Of a stretch of DNA of 64,000 bases, positions 1-10,100 are shown piece after piece. Source of the stretch: a virus. Taxonomy: Duplodnaviria; Caudoviricetes. Made by a program: the position numbers and the translations under genes. The notes beneath the pieces are model-generated. The model searched no databases, was not told the DNA's origin, and saw only the letters and a list, made by a program, of their open reading frames with translations. Within the stretch, counting starts at the first letter, position 1, and the number at the start of each line of letters is the position of its first letter. The stretch is from positions 2,012-66,011 of the IMG/VR virus record IMGVR_UViG_3300025011_000040, one strand, 5' to 3'.

Positions 1-1210
1 TAAAAGCATATGTCCAAATAGTTTCGTCTGGTTGATTTACAATCAGGTTGTTGTAAACATCCGCATCTGTTGTATCAAACCCTACGTCTACCCCCCAGAA
101 AAACTCATCCGCCAGAGCTTTCTTCCTCCCTCCATTAATCATTACATTATCATATATCTGTACGCTGGAGAATGCCGGGTAGCCGCTATAATTATTCCCC
201 AACCCTACTCCTTGATTGCCACCAATGAATAAATTTCCGTGGACCACTATTGGCAGGGCGTTTGTTGTTGATTTGACAGTGAATTTCATACCCATGTTGC
301 TGCCGTCGATGAGTACGTTATTCCTAAATATTGCGTCATTCATGCCGTAGGAGTATATATTATGGTTCATGGTTGAAGCCTCCCCCACGCCCTCTCCTGC
401 CTCCACGACCCAGCCATTATGACTAAAAACATTTTCTTCAACAATTAGGCCATTATTCAGAGCATTATACAATCCCTGAGAATGTCCTTGCCCGGTGCCG
501 GCATAGTTATTGAGAAAAATATTCCTGCGAATTGTAATGTCATTCGGTCCTTGGTTTTGATTGTCGTCAAAAAACCTAAACTTGCAACCCTCAATCAAAA
601 ATCCCTGATATGTTCCGTCTGATGATCCATCAAAGCCTGTGTGATACTGCGGGGCCTCTATTGTATGTATCGGCTCGACATAATCGGGAGACGCAGGATC
701 GCGGGTATAGGCATAAAATTCCAGCCCGTTGACCGCTGACCATGATGATCCCAACCCTCCGATACGTAGAGCAGAGGTGTGGCTAACGTTAAAACTCTCT
801 TTAAAAAGAGGTAATGCGCCAGTGCCCCCATATGCAGCGATCAGGGATGGTTCAGTTGCCGAGTACCCACCAGTGAGCTGCATATTGACCGTCTTCACCC
901 ACGTATCGCCCCGCTTAAACAGCACCCAATCCGGCTGGCCGACCCTGCGAGTTGCAAGGGCCGCAGGTACTGTCTCGTATGCCGATATTGGACCGACAGG
1001 GTTAAATGGATCGGGTCCGATTGCAGCATCGTCTTTGTTGTAAATTACAGCGCTGCCATCGCTGCCCGAGTTGCTGACATAGACGATCCTGCTGGTGGCC
1101 GAGGGTGTGAAGACTGTCCAACCCTCCGCATCTCTCGGTAAATCAAGCTGCGCTGCACCCGCTGACGATACAAAAAGCAGAAGGAGTGCTGCAATTAATC
1201 GTGCAATCAT
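1..1210 (-). CDS. Signal-peptide-bearing right-handed parallel beta-helix protein, runs off the left edge
   Basis: Not in the ORF track. Manual translation from ATG 1210: MIARLIAALLLLFVSSAGA-AQLDLPRD..VYVSNSGSD..DWVLFKRGDTW..LIAAYG..ITIRRNIF..LIVEENVFSHNG..NHNIY..IFRNNV. The start overlaps the upstream TAA. Confidence 0.8.
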   Translation of the reverse strand, partial: MIARLIAALLLLFVSSAGAAQLDLPRDAEGWTVFTPSATSRIVYVSNSGSDGSAVIYNKDDAAIGPDPFNPVGPISAYETVPAALATRRVGQPDWVLFKRGDTWVKTVNMQLTGGYSATEPSLIAAYGGTGALPLFKESFNVSHTSALRIGGLGSSWSAVNGLEFYAYTRDPASPDYVEPIHTIEAPQYHTGFDGSSDGTYQGFLIEGCKFRFFDDNQNQGPNDITIRRNIFLNNYAGTGQGHSQGLYNALNNGLIVEENVFSHNGWVVEAGEGVGEASTMNHNIYSYGMNDAIFRNNVLIDGSNMGMKFTVKSTTNALPIVVHGNLFIGGNQGVGLGNNYSGYPAFSSVQIYDNVMINGGRKKALADEFFWGVDVGFDTTDADVYNNLIVNQPDETIWTYAF

Positions 1211-1371
1211 TAAATATCACCAATAGGGGATGTAGAGGTTTGGTAGTCATCAAATATATGCCTACCAGTGCCATTGCCTGATTGCTTGAAATCTACGTAT
1301 CTGACGTTTGTCGCCGCATCACTGTTTGTGAGTTCCTTCCACACGGTCGAATCAGCATATGTCCCAGTTGT

Positions 1372-2535
1372 TCATACTCTTACCCTAAAAACTCCTGTGC
1401 TGCCGCCTGGGTCAGTCACCCATTCCATCCACACAAAATATTTTGTTCCGGCTGTCAACGGAAGGGCTGTCGCGGATGAATATTTTGTCCCTGCGTTGAG
1501 ATAAAAAATGTCAGTTGCGCTGCGATATATTGTTCCAATAATAGTTGTCGCAGCATTTCTGAGTGCCAAAATATCTGCATTGGAGGTATTGTCTGCGGAA
1601 TCGTTAATAAAAGAAAAAGCGAAATATCTGGTCGAGGCATCCCCCGTATCTGGTGTCCTGACGGCAGCTCCCGCGAGAAGAGACAGAGATTGTGCCCCAG
1701 TGGCAGGGGCGGGGGCTGTTGCATCATCATAGTTGGGAGATCCTGTGACAGTAGACCAACCTGCTGGGGCTCCAGTTCCCTCAAACCCTTCGGCAGTGCT
1801 GCCAGTTACCTCACTACCATTTGTAACGGATTCAGCTACAGCCCATCCAACCAGCGGAGTACCATCATCAACAGACTCCAACCCATCATTGCCGGCCGGA
1901 ATGGTATAATAAAGCTCTACCGTCTCGCCAGCCAAAACCGGCCCACTGACAATATCAAACGTTACATCTGATTCCGTACCGGCTACAGATGTGCTCAGAG
2001 CCAACAATCCAGTCGTTGAGCAATCAATCGTCCACGTCCCGAGGTTTGCGCCTACGGCCATATCCTGATCAAAGATCATCGTGATTGACGTACCTGTAGC
2101 ATCAATGGATGCACTGACAAACACCGGGACATCGGGAGTTGCTGCAAGGGTATCAGTCAAGGCTACTGTCAGCCATTTGCCAGCGGTTGCGCTCCAGACT
2201 GCCAGGGTGTTGGCATTGACCGCTATGCCGCTGCCTGCGTGGGATGAATCCTCGTATTCTGGGAATGTGTCAAAGGCAAAACCTGCGCCTACCAAAGAGT
2301 CAACGGCGGTGGCGTTATACCCCTGCAAATCCTTATCAGATGGCGTTGCGGTTATCAGGTTTTCACCATCAACAGGTTGTGCTGCCGTAAGTATTTTCAG
2401 GTCAGAGGATTGTCCAAGAATAAATGCAGTATTGTCTTTGTCAGCCTTTGAGTTCACCGCGGCCTTTATTTCATTAGCATCAGCGGCAGTAAAGCTATCG
2501 CCATCTTCTTTATCAGTGTATGTGATATCGCTCAT
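1372..2535 (-). CDS. Putative tail fibre/virion protein; the frame continues past the TGA to 1210
   Basis: N-terminus MSDITYTDKEDGDSFTAADANEIKAAVNSK, then beta-rich domains. 53 more sense codons follow the TGA in frame. Confidence 0.65.
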   Translation of the reverse strand: MSDITYTDKEDGDSFTAADANEIKAAVNSKADKDNTAFILGQSSDLKILTAAQPVDGENLITATPSDKDLQGYNATAVDSLVGAGFAFDTFPEYEDSSHAGSGIAVNANTLAVWSATAGKWLTVALTDTLAATPDVPVFVSASIDATGTSITMIFDQDMAVGANLGTWTIDCSTTGLLALSTSVAGTESDVTFDIVSGPVLAGETVELYYTIPAGNDGLESVDDGTPLVGWAVAESVTNGSEVTGSTAEGFEGTGAPAGWSTVTGSPNYDDATAPAPATGAQSLSLLAGAAVRTPDTGDASTRYFAFSFINDSADNTSNADILALRNAATTIIGTIYRSATDIFYLNAGTKYSSATALPLTAGTKYFVWMEWVTDPGGSTGVFRVRV

Positions 2536-2543
2536 ATCTTATC

Positions 2544-3047
2544 CTAAAGTGTAAATGGGAGTGTGTAGGGAAAACCTTCTGGAATAGCCGGATAGTACCT
2601 TCCAAGATAATTCAGTATCTGGTTCTCTTTATCAGTCATGTTGTCAGTATAGATAACAACCCCGCCCCTCGTCGGATGAAATCCGATCCAAGCAAAATCG
2701 TCATTGAGCAGCACATACCACTCAGCGCCTGAACGGACTATCGGAGCCATGGCATTTGCAGAGTCAAAGAAGACGTCCCCACCAAGGTCCGAATCAGCTT
2801 GCAGTGTGACAGCGTCACTTGGAAAGTCCCACGTAGCATTCGGCAAATCTTCGATGGTGCCAGTTGTCAGGGTTATGCTTGATAAGCCGATACTACCAAT
2901 CATATTGTTGGCGATCAGCCACGCCTCAGCCAGGCCGTCAGTCGGCAGGGAAAGACCAGCGTTTCTTCGCACCCCATTAACAATCCCCGACCGCAGGCCA
3001 TTGACCGAAGTGCTTTTCATGCGCCGTGGTGCGACAATGAGCCCCAT
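2544..3047 (-). CDS. Putative virion/tail protein
   Basis: RBS GGAGG; tightly packed in the late operon; ends FPYTLPFTL. Confidence 0.55.
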   Translation of the reverse strand: MGLIVAPRRMKSTSVNGLRSGIVNGVRRNAGLSLPTDGLAEAWLIANNMIGSIGLSSITLTTGTIEDLPNATWDFPSDAVTLQADSDLGGDVFFDSANAMAPIVRSGAEWYVLLNDDFAWIGFHPTRGGVVIYTDNMTDKENQILNYLGRYYPAIPEGFPYTLPFTL

Positions 3048-3055
3048 AGCGCCTC

Positions 3056-3412
3056 CTACCTCGTCCCGATGATGTCAATAGCCCAGGTTTTTCCCCCAGC
3101 ATTCGGCCAGACGATATTCACCTTGTCCCCCGGGAAGATCACTGGCGGCACCGGATCAGCAAAGCGGAATGCCAGTGCAGCGGCCAGGTCGTCATTCGGG
3201 TCTGGTTTCGCCAAAATGGAATCCCACGCCGCGCCCATCTCGGAATCGAGACTGACAACGAAGTCGTCAAGGTCGGCAGAAACTGCGCCAAGCGTCATCC
3301 TGACCTCTGCCAGTTTGTAAACATCTTGCACCTGGACGGTCAGGGCAAGTGCCCCGGTCCCGGTGAGCGCTACCCCGGCGGTGTGTTTGGTGTTCATCCT
3401 AAATTCATTCAT
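3056..3412 (-). CDS. Small beta-rich putative virion protein
   Basis: AGGAG precedes ATG 3412; operon packing. Confidence 0.5.
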   Translation of the reverse strand: MNEFRMNTKHTAGVALTGTGALALTVQVQDVYKLAEVRMTLGAVSADLDDFVVSLDSEMGAAWDSILAKPDPNDDLAAALAFRFADPVPPVIFPGDKVNIVWPNAGGKTWAIDIIGTR

Positions 3413-3460
3413 TGGGGATCTCCTTGGTTTCATATTGTCCCGGCAATCGCTGGCCACTTG

Positions 3461-3871
3461 TCATTTTCGAGTTTCCTCAATCGCCTTGATGATCGTTCTC
3501 AGGTTGTCGTCCTGCGCGGTTTTGATTTCCTTCACTTCTGCCTCGAGCGCGGAAAACCTCTTCTCGCCGCCCAGCAGTTTTTCAGCCAAGAGTTGGTGGC
3601 AATTCGTCTGCATTTCCGAGCAGGCCGGTTTTGTGATGAATCGCGGTTCTCCGTCTTCTCTGGTGAAAACGGACATCATGGACTTGAGCGCGTGTTCAAG
3701 ATCCTCGACCTTCTTTTCAGACTTATCAATCCGTTCATGGCTCCGCGCAAGGCCAGATTCAACGCGTTCGATCTTCTTTCCCCAGCCGATCAAGGATATC
3801 GCCCCACCGACCATCGCCCCGATGATTGCGGCAATACTTGAAATAATCCCTACGTTTCCAGTATCAGGCAT
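3461..3871 (-). CDS. Membrane-anchored coiled-coil protein (holin/lysis-cassette-like)
   Basis: N-terminal TM segment IISSIAAIIGAMVGGAISLIGW followed by heptad-rich helices. Confidence 0.55.
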   Translation of the reverse strand: MPDTGNVGIISSIAAIIGAMVGGAISLIGWGKKIERVESGLARSHERIDKSEKKVEDLEHALKSMMSVFTREDGEPRFITKPACSEMQTNCHQLLAEKLLGGEKRFSALEAEVKEIKTAQDDNLRTIIKAIEETRK

Positions 3872-4056
3872 CCTGTCCTTTCCTTACCGGCCAACTACCG
3901 GGGCTTATTGTCTCAACAACTATACCCACAAGCAGGGCAGGTTCCTCGGTGCATTCTGGCACCGCAGTCAGGGCATTTCATGGTATCCACCCCAAGCACA
4001 GGCCGGCGACTATCGACAGCATCAGAATTATGATTGCGACTTCAAATGCAGGGGAA

Positions 4057-4344
4057 TTACTTTTCACTTTTGGCTGGTCCCATGCCAGGGACGCCTACCT
4101 TTTTGCTGGTGATCTTCGTCCAGATGATATGGAACAAACTGCCGAGGGCGACAATGGCACCGGCCCAGCCCTGCAACTCTTCCTTGGTCGCATCGATCTG
4201 TATTCCGTAGATAGCCAGGAGTGCAAACAGAGAACCAAGGATTCCGGTCACGGTTGCAATGGTGGTTCCCGAGTTTTTCCACGTTGCCGGGTCGGCTACT
4301 TGCTGCCCCACTCGTAATGCGTCAACGAGTAATTTGATGTTCAT
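4057..4344 (-). CDS. Putative holin
   Basis: About 95 aa from MNIKLL, two hydrophobic segments, basic C-tail ITSKKVG. Confidence 0.6.
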   Translation of the reverse strand: MNIKLLVDALRVGQQVADPATWKNSGTTIATVTGILGSLFALLAIYGIQIDATKEELQGWAGAIVALGSLFHIIWTKITSKKVGVPGMGPAKSEK

Positions 4345-4603
4345 CTGTCGCCTCTCTGTAGCAATTTTTGGCACCACCCATCTGTGAGAAGTATTTGCAG
4401 CGCATGTCCGGCAGTTTTCCCTTGAAGTCATAGGCGAAGCAGAACGGTTCCTCACACTTGCTATACCTGTCCTTAATCATCCGCATGGAGTTTTCCTCCA
4501 GGCTCTCGTCTGCAATGCGTCTTGGTTCCACAATAGACACCCCGCAATCAGGACAAAAGGTTCTGCCGTGGTATTCAGTTGAGCAATACCGGCAGGTAAT
4601 CAA
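4322..4603 (-). CDS. Small zinc-ribbon protein
   Basis: CRYC...CPDC motif. Confidence 0.45.
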   Translation of the reverse strand: MITCRYCSTEYHGRTFCPDCGVSIVEPRRIADESLEENSMRMIKDRYSKCEEPFCFAYDFKGKLPDMRCKYFSQMGGAKNCYREATDEHQITR

Positions 4604-5404
4604 TCACCACTCCATCTTTACTTTCGGGCTTTTACCGCCATAGAATTCGTGCAAATAAATACCACCGTGTGCCGTGCCAATGTCTGCGTCTCCCTCTCCA
4701 TTCGGCCGCCCGTTCCCAGGCTTGAACACGAATCCGTATTTCGATGACCTTGAGTCTCTATTACAGGTATCTTCCCGATCCCGGCAGTTTCGAGCCGTGG
4801 ATTTTACCACAAAGGTTTTGCCGGAAGAGAAGGTAAACCTCACAGGGCCTGCCCCGAGAGAATCGCCGCGTTTCGGTATCCGCCAGGCTTGACGCCCGTT
4901 CCTGACGCCGTAACTGTCATAGGTGGCGCTGTTCTTGTAATTGCCGGTAGGCGTTCCAGGGTCAGCGGGCGTCGGATTCCCAGAAACAGCAGCATATACC
5001 CCGCCATCGACCGTCTTGATGACGAATTTTAAAGGCCGGGAATACTTATCGCCGGATTGAGTCAGGAGGAAAACCGAGGCCCCCTTATAGGAGTTGCCTT
5101 TTCTGGCAACCTCGCCATTGACCGAGACATAGTTGACCCAATTATCAGGACTCGACCTGAACAGGATAGCCGCCGCGCCGTTGCCCTGGTCGCTATCGCG
5201 CTCGAATGTGATGGTGTGCGGAAAAGCCTTCGCGGTACTCGGAGGTGGAGGCGTGACCGGATCAGGAATAGTTCCGCCGCCCGGGTAATACTGGTCACAG
5301 AGCGCCAAACACTGTGCTCTGTTGGCCGGCAGGTCGATTGCCTGCGCCTGACTAAAGGTGAAGGCAAGAAGGAGGACGGCGAATAGGCTTGTGAGCGTCT
5401 TCAT
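4604..5404 (-). CDS. Secreted protein of unknown function
   Basis: Sec signal MKTLTSLFAVLLLAFTFSQAQA, Pro-rich linkers, two beta-rich domains, paired Cys. Confidence 0.7.
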   Translation of the reverse strand: MKTLTSLFAVLLLAFTFSQAQAIDLPANRAQCLALCDQYYPGGGTIPDPVTPPPPSTAKAFPHTITFERDSDQGNGAAAILFRSSPDNWVNYVSVNGEVARKGNSYKGASVFLLTQSGDKYSRPLKFVIKTVDGGVYAAVSGNPTPADPGTPTGNYKNSATYDSYGVRNGRQAWRIPKRGDSLGAGPVRFTFSSGKTFVVKSTARNCRDREDTCNRDSRSSKYGFVFKPGNGRPNGEGDADIGTAHGGIYLHEFYGGKSPKVKMEW

Positions 5405-5405
5405 G

Positions 5406-5960
5406 TTAATCCTCTTCGACTATCGGATTGTCCTCGGGGATATCATCTATGCTGTCAACCTCATTGACTACGCCGAGTTCTTCCTCGACAATCGGCTCAG
5501 GACTCGTTGTGTTTGTGGTGTTGGTATTGGTGGTCTGCGGATTGTTGCTATCGGTATTCGTTTGTCTCATGTCAGTGAGAAGCTTGCTGGCGGCATCCTG
5601 GATTTTTCCAGTCGCAGACATGGCACCGCCAGAACCGGCCGCCAGTTCCGCATCAGAAGTTTGTTCAGACCACTCGAAAACATTAATCGTATGCCCGCCG
5701 GTCCCACCGCTTGCGCTCGGGACTGCCGGAGTTGCTTGAGCAAGCCCGCGAGGCGTTGCGGCAGCGGCAGCAGGCTCCGGCGCCATTCCCTGGTTGAAAG
5801 TATATTTGTTGGTTTTGATGGTGATACATCCGCTGAGAGCAAAAGCCCATGCCAGCAACGAGAGAGACAATAAAACCATGCCAGATATCTTTTCCCATCT
5901 CGCATCGCCGCGAGCGTCACACCGAAACATTCCGCCGAATTTGTCCATAATTTGCCTCAC
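5406..5960 (-). CDS. Putative lipoprotein
   Basis: Hydrophobic stretch ending in lipobox-like LSGC; Thr/Asn-rich and acidic tail. True start may be internal (MVLLSL). Confidence 0.55.
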   Translation of the reverse strand: MRQIMDKFGGMFRCDARGDARWEKISGMVLLSLSLLAWAFALSGCITIKTNKYTFNQGMAPEPAAAAATPRGLAQATPAVPSASGGTGGHTINVFEWSEQTSDAELAAGSGGAMSATGKIQDAASKLLTDMRQTNTDSNNPQTTNTNTTNTTSPEPIVEEELGVVNEVDSIDDIPEDNPIVEED

Positions 5961-6280
5961 TGAGAAGGGTTAGAGTCGTGCAAGTCTTGATATCGTTCCG
6001 CTGATTGCCGCATTATCGTCACAGAGACCTCTTGCGGGCCACAGCATTTTCCCACAAAGAAAGCGTATCCACCGAAAGCGAGGAAGATGAGCAGGGAGAT
6101 TGCTGCAGCTATTTCGATTTTGTTTTTCATCTCACACCCCGCTATGTTTTTGATTTACCGTGCCGGAATCCTGTTTCTCCGGCTAGAATACTTCGTTTTT
6201 TGCGAAATGTGTAACACATTTTCATTCTGTGGATTTATTTCTCGAAACAAAGCCGCAAAACTCTGTTTCGAGAAGGAGCA

Positions 6281-7015
6281 TTATGCGTTGACGGTGCAGA
6301 CAGTCCCGATTTCAAGTGAGCCATTCGGCATCACGAAAACCGGATAATAGTCGCCTGCAGCAGCCGTGAGAGTGATCCCCAAGAGCCCGCCAGAGCTTGT
6401 CACGTAGTGAATAACCTTGGTCGCCATTATCAGTTCGATAGAGCCATTGGTCAGAGCGGCAGCCGAGGTGAATGTCTTCCTCGTCAGCCCGGTGTTTGTG
6501 GTGGCGAAATACAAAAGGCCAGAGGTCGGGGTGCCTGTGGGATTCCCAAGAGCGCTCTTGAAGGTAAACTGAATAGCACAGGTACCGGAGGCCGGAGTTG
6601 CTACAAGTGTGACATTGGCCACAGCCGCGGTCAGGGTATTGATGTCTGACTGGGTAGCCGTAACAGCCGCCAGTTTGTTGAGGTCCGAAGCGGTGAATGT
6701 GGCCCCGTTGATCATGTTCAGTTCGGCAAATGTCGCGGCAAGGGTGGTGTCGGCAACATCCTTCAGGACGCCAGTTTTGAGCACTCCGGTTGCCGGCCAA
6801 GTGTAATCTTCCCCGGCATTCAGAACTACCGCCTTGCTCGCCGCGCCCGTTCCCAGTGCCGCAATGTCGTTGTAGTTCAGTTCTGCCGCCGTGGCCGTCA
6901 CGCCGACGATAGCAACACCGCCGCCCGCGTACAGTTCAGCGAACATCTCATTAAGCTTCTTCCTGATCGAGCCGAAGAAAAACCCGCCGCCTTCAGTAAT
7001 AGTCTGCTTTGCCAT
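6281..7015 (-). CDS. Virion fibre/collar-like protein
   Basis: Repeated (V/L)xATxxE/DLN motifs (VTATAAELN, LAATFAELN, FTASDLN, VTATQSDIN); RBS AGGAG. Confidence 0.6.
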   Translation of the reverse strand: MAKQTITEGGGFFFGSIRKKLNEMFAELYAGGGVAIVGVTATAAELNYNDIAALGTGAASKAVVLNAGEDYTWPATGVLKTGVLKDVADTTLAATFAELNMINGATFTASDLNKLAAVTATQSDINTLTAAVANVTLVATPASGTCAIQFTFKSALGNPTGTPTSGLLYFATTNTGLTRKTFTSAAALTNGSIELIMATKVIHYVTSSGGLLGITLTAAAGDYYPVFVMPNGSLEIGTVCTVNA

Positions 7016-7105
7016 GTGGAACTCCTATTCACTTCGTTTATTTGGGCAAATGCCCCTTGCCGCACAGCCGATTTTCAATATGGATATTTTCGGGACACGA
7101 CGGCT

Positions 7106-10100
7106 CTATTCGTCGTCATCCTGAACCTGCCGCAACCGCTCTGTGCGATTCGGCTTCTTCGCCCTGGCCACGGCCCGCTTGATACTCTGTATTGTGAGTA
7201 GGGTAATGTCGTTCCGGCCTGATCCCTTCATCAGTTCATTATAGCGCCGGTATTCAACCATTAATTCCTGATAATCTCCTTTTCCGAAAAGGTAGTACCG
7301 CTTGAACTTCTCGATGATTTCAGACCGCCGCTCATTGTATTTCGCCGCAACCTGCTTCTCATGCCATTGTTTTTCCCTAATGCCGGAAATCCGCGAAGGA
7401 TTGAAGGACAACGCCCTGACGAACTGCTCGGGAGTGGTCGCCTTCAGCGGTTCATCACCATAGAAAACCGGGCTGTAGCTGCCGGTGGTAAGCCCTTCCC
7501 GCCCTTCCCTTGCGGCCTTGATTGCCGAACCAACAGCCGTCGGCAACAGAGATTCGCCGGCCTTCATCAACTCGCCTTTCCCGGCATACTCGCCAGCCTT
7601 CAGAGCATCCTTGATTATCGCCTGCGGGGCGCCGAACAATTCCGCCATCGTTGTTGGAATGGGGTTGTTCATTTCGATAGATCCCTTCAAGTTGATACCG
7701 AGCGCCCCGGGGATGCCGTGACGAGCGATTGAATCACTCCCGAATGTATCTGCCACCCAATCATAGAACTCTTCTTCAGGGTCATCTCCTGCCCCTAGAG
7801 CACTGGCAAACGCGGCAACCAGCGGAGTGACCAGTGTAGCCCCGGCACCGCCCATCAGGGCCGGGGAGAGAACCATATAGGCCGCCTGTTTCTTATCGCC
7901 TTTCAGTCCCATCTCGATCATGTTGAGCATATAATTGTGGCTGAACTTCTGAAAGGTGTAGGTCAGTTTCAGCGGGTTCCCGCTTCCCCTGGCCCATGCC
8001 GGCAGGGTGGCCTTGCCATAAACGCCATGAGCGCGGTCGGAGATATGCTTTGCCTTCTCCATCGCCGCATTGTGATCGAGCGCGGTATTCGCCCGGACCT
8101 CTTTGTAGGCGGCAAAGATCGACATGGCCCGGTTGGCCTTCTCAACCGCCCCGAACATCGCCATTGACCATTCCCCAAACTTGTTCCAGCCTCTCCCGAG
8201 CTTCGACATAAGGACCGCAGCGTTCTCCTGGTTGAATTGCGCTTGGTCCCATCCGTTATTCGTGATCTCAAGGAATATCGACCGATCCTCTTCGGACAGT
8301 TCCCGACCAGCCCGGTACCTGCCGTAGGCGATTGCAGCTTTCCGGATGGAATTGAAGGCGCCGGTCATGCTGCCGCCTGTCTGGCTTGAAATGCTCGCCG
8401 GGACGCCCATCAGCATATTGGTGGCGTTGACCATCGCAGAGGAAACCCGGAAGCCCAGGAACTTTATCACGGCCAGGCCCTTCATTGTGCCGACGATCCG
8501 GTCAATCTGTTCCTCGTTACGCAAGACCTCTTCCATAAACCCGAGAGCTTCCTTGTGAAGAATGGGCTGCTTGTTCGGGTCCAGCCGCTTCGCCTCTACC
8601 TGCGCGTCGTATTCTTCCCATGTGCCTTCTGGATTTTCCAGCTTGTATTCAGCCCACGACTGATCCCGGCCGGTCATCGCCGCCATCATATTCTTAGCGG
8701 AATTTCTCTTGGCGATACCTGACGCGATACCTCTGGCGTACTGAGTGCCGGCAAGTAGCGGGTCTTCCTCAAACCCTTTCCAATAATCATCTGTCCGTTT
8801 CAGCCGGGAAGAAAGATAACCTCGGGCTTTAAACAGGTCAGCAACGTTGGCGGTCAGGATCTTGTTAATCTCCTGCGCCGCCGCTTCGTTCATGCCCTGC
8901 TTGTCCTTCTTGGCATTGCCCACGGCCTCGCGGAGAAGGGCATCGATTGAGGAAGAAAGCTGCACGACATCAAACACCGATTCAGGCGTCTTGTTATCCT
9001 TCTCCACCGTTACATCGTAACCTTGCGCCCGGAGCTGCCGCGCCCTCTTCTCCAAGGTGCCGACAAAGGGGATATGGCCGGTAGCCTCATTGAATCGCTT
9101 ACGCAACCATTCAGACATGGGCCTCTTCATCTCTACGCCTGTCTCGCCGTCGATGTGCTTCCGTCCGGTGATATAGAGGTCGAACTTCTCCATGATTTTA
9201 TCGTCACCTTTCACGGCCCGGAGGATCACCCCGCCCGGTTGCCGCTGCCGGGGGAAATACTGGCCCCGGAGGTCGGACATCATGGCAATCATCTCGGAGA
9301 GCTTGACGGTCTTCTTTATCTCGCCGTCGCTCCGCTTCTTGACCTCAAGGTTCGTTGCCCGTCGCCCTCCCTTTAACTGGTCCGCTGCCCGCCGTATCTT
9401 GATTGCCGCATTTGCATCAGCCCTGGTGGTGAAGTCGCCTATCTCTGCGCCGTTCTCGACAATTACATATCTCCGGGATTCGTCCGGGATATCGACAGTC
9501 GGCTCTGGTAAACCAAGCGCGTCAGTCTCCTTAATGATCTTGCGGAGGTCGGCAATCATGTGGTCAAAGGCAAGGTTGGTCATTCGGCGGAACCGGCGGA
9601 CCAGCCCAGCTTCTTCCTTTGAAGATCCGGCGTTGATCATGTCGTAATATTCAGCCTGCTCCATTGCCTCGACCGCCTCTTGCTCGTCAAGGAATTGATC
9701 CCCTTCCGCGCCTTTCGGGTCGATGACGGTCCATGTGTCGATCTTCTCTGGCTTGTAATCCTTGATGTGCTTGCCGCTCTTGCCAGCCGCTTCCCGCGCA
9801 ACCTGCTCACCTTCGCGCTTGGTCATGGTGTAGCCGACGATCATACCGTCATCGTCCTTGACCTCCCATTTCGATTCATGCTTCAGGCGGTACGATTTGC
9901 CGGAGGCGTCCACGTCCAAGAGATGGGCCTTAACCTTTTCATAGATGGCCTTGCTCTCCTTCTGCGCCTTTGAGAATACCGAGACGAAATCGCCAAGGAT
10001 GGAGTTTTCAAGGTTGAATTTCTCGGTATGCCGGTCCAGTTGCGCGTTGAACATCTTCCATGTTGCCGGGAAATTCTTGAAATTGTATTCCGGGGTGGAG

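Noticed and set aside
1372-1374. Genome-wide TGA recoding or selenocysteine insertion
   Set aside because: TGA acts as a normal stop at many ATGA junctions (57101, 57646, 63365), no SECIS-like hairpin was evident after this codon, and the tRNA-like RNA shows no UCA anticodon loop.
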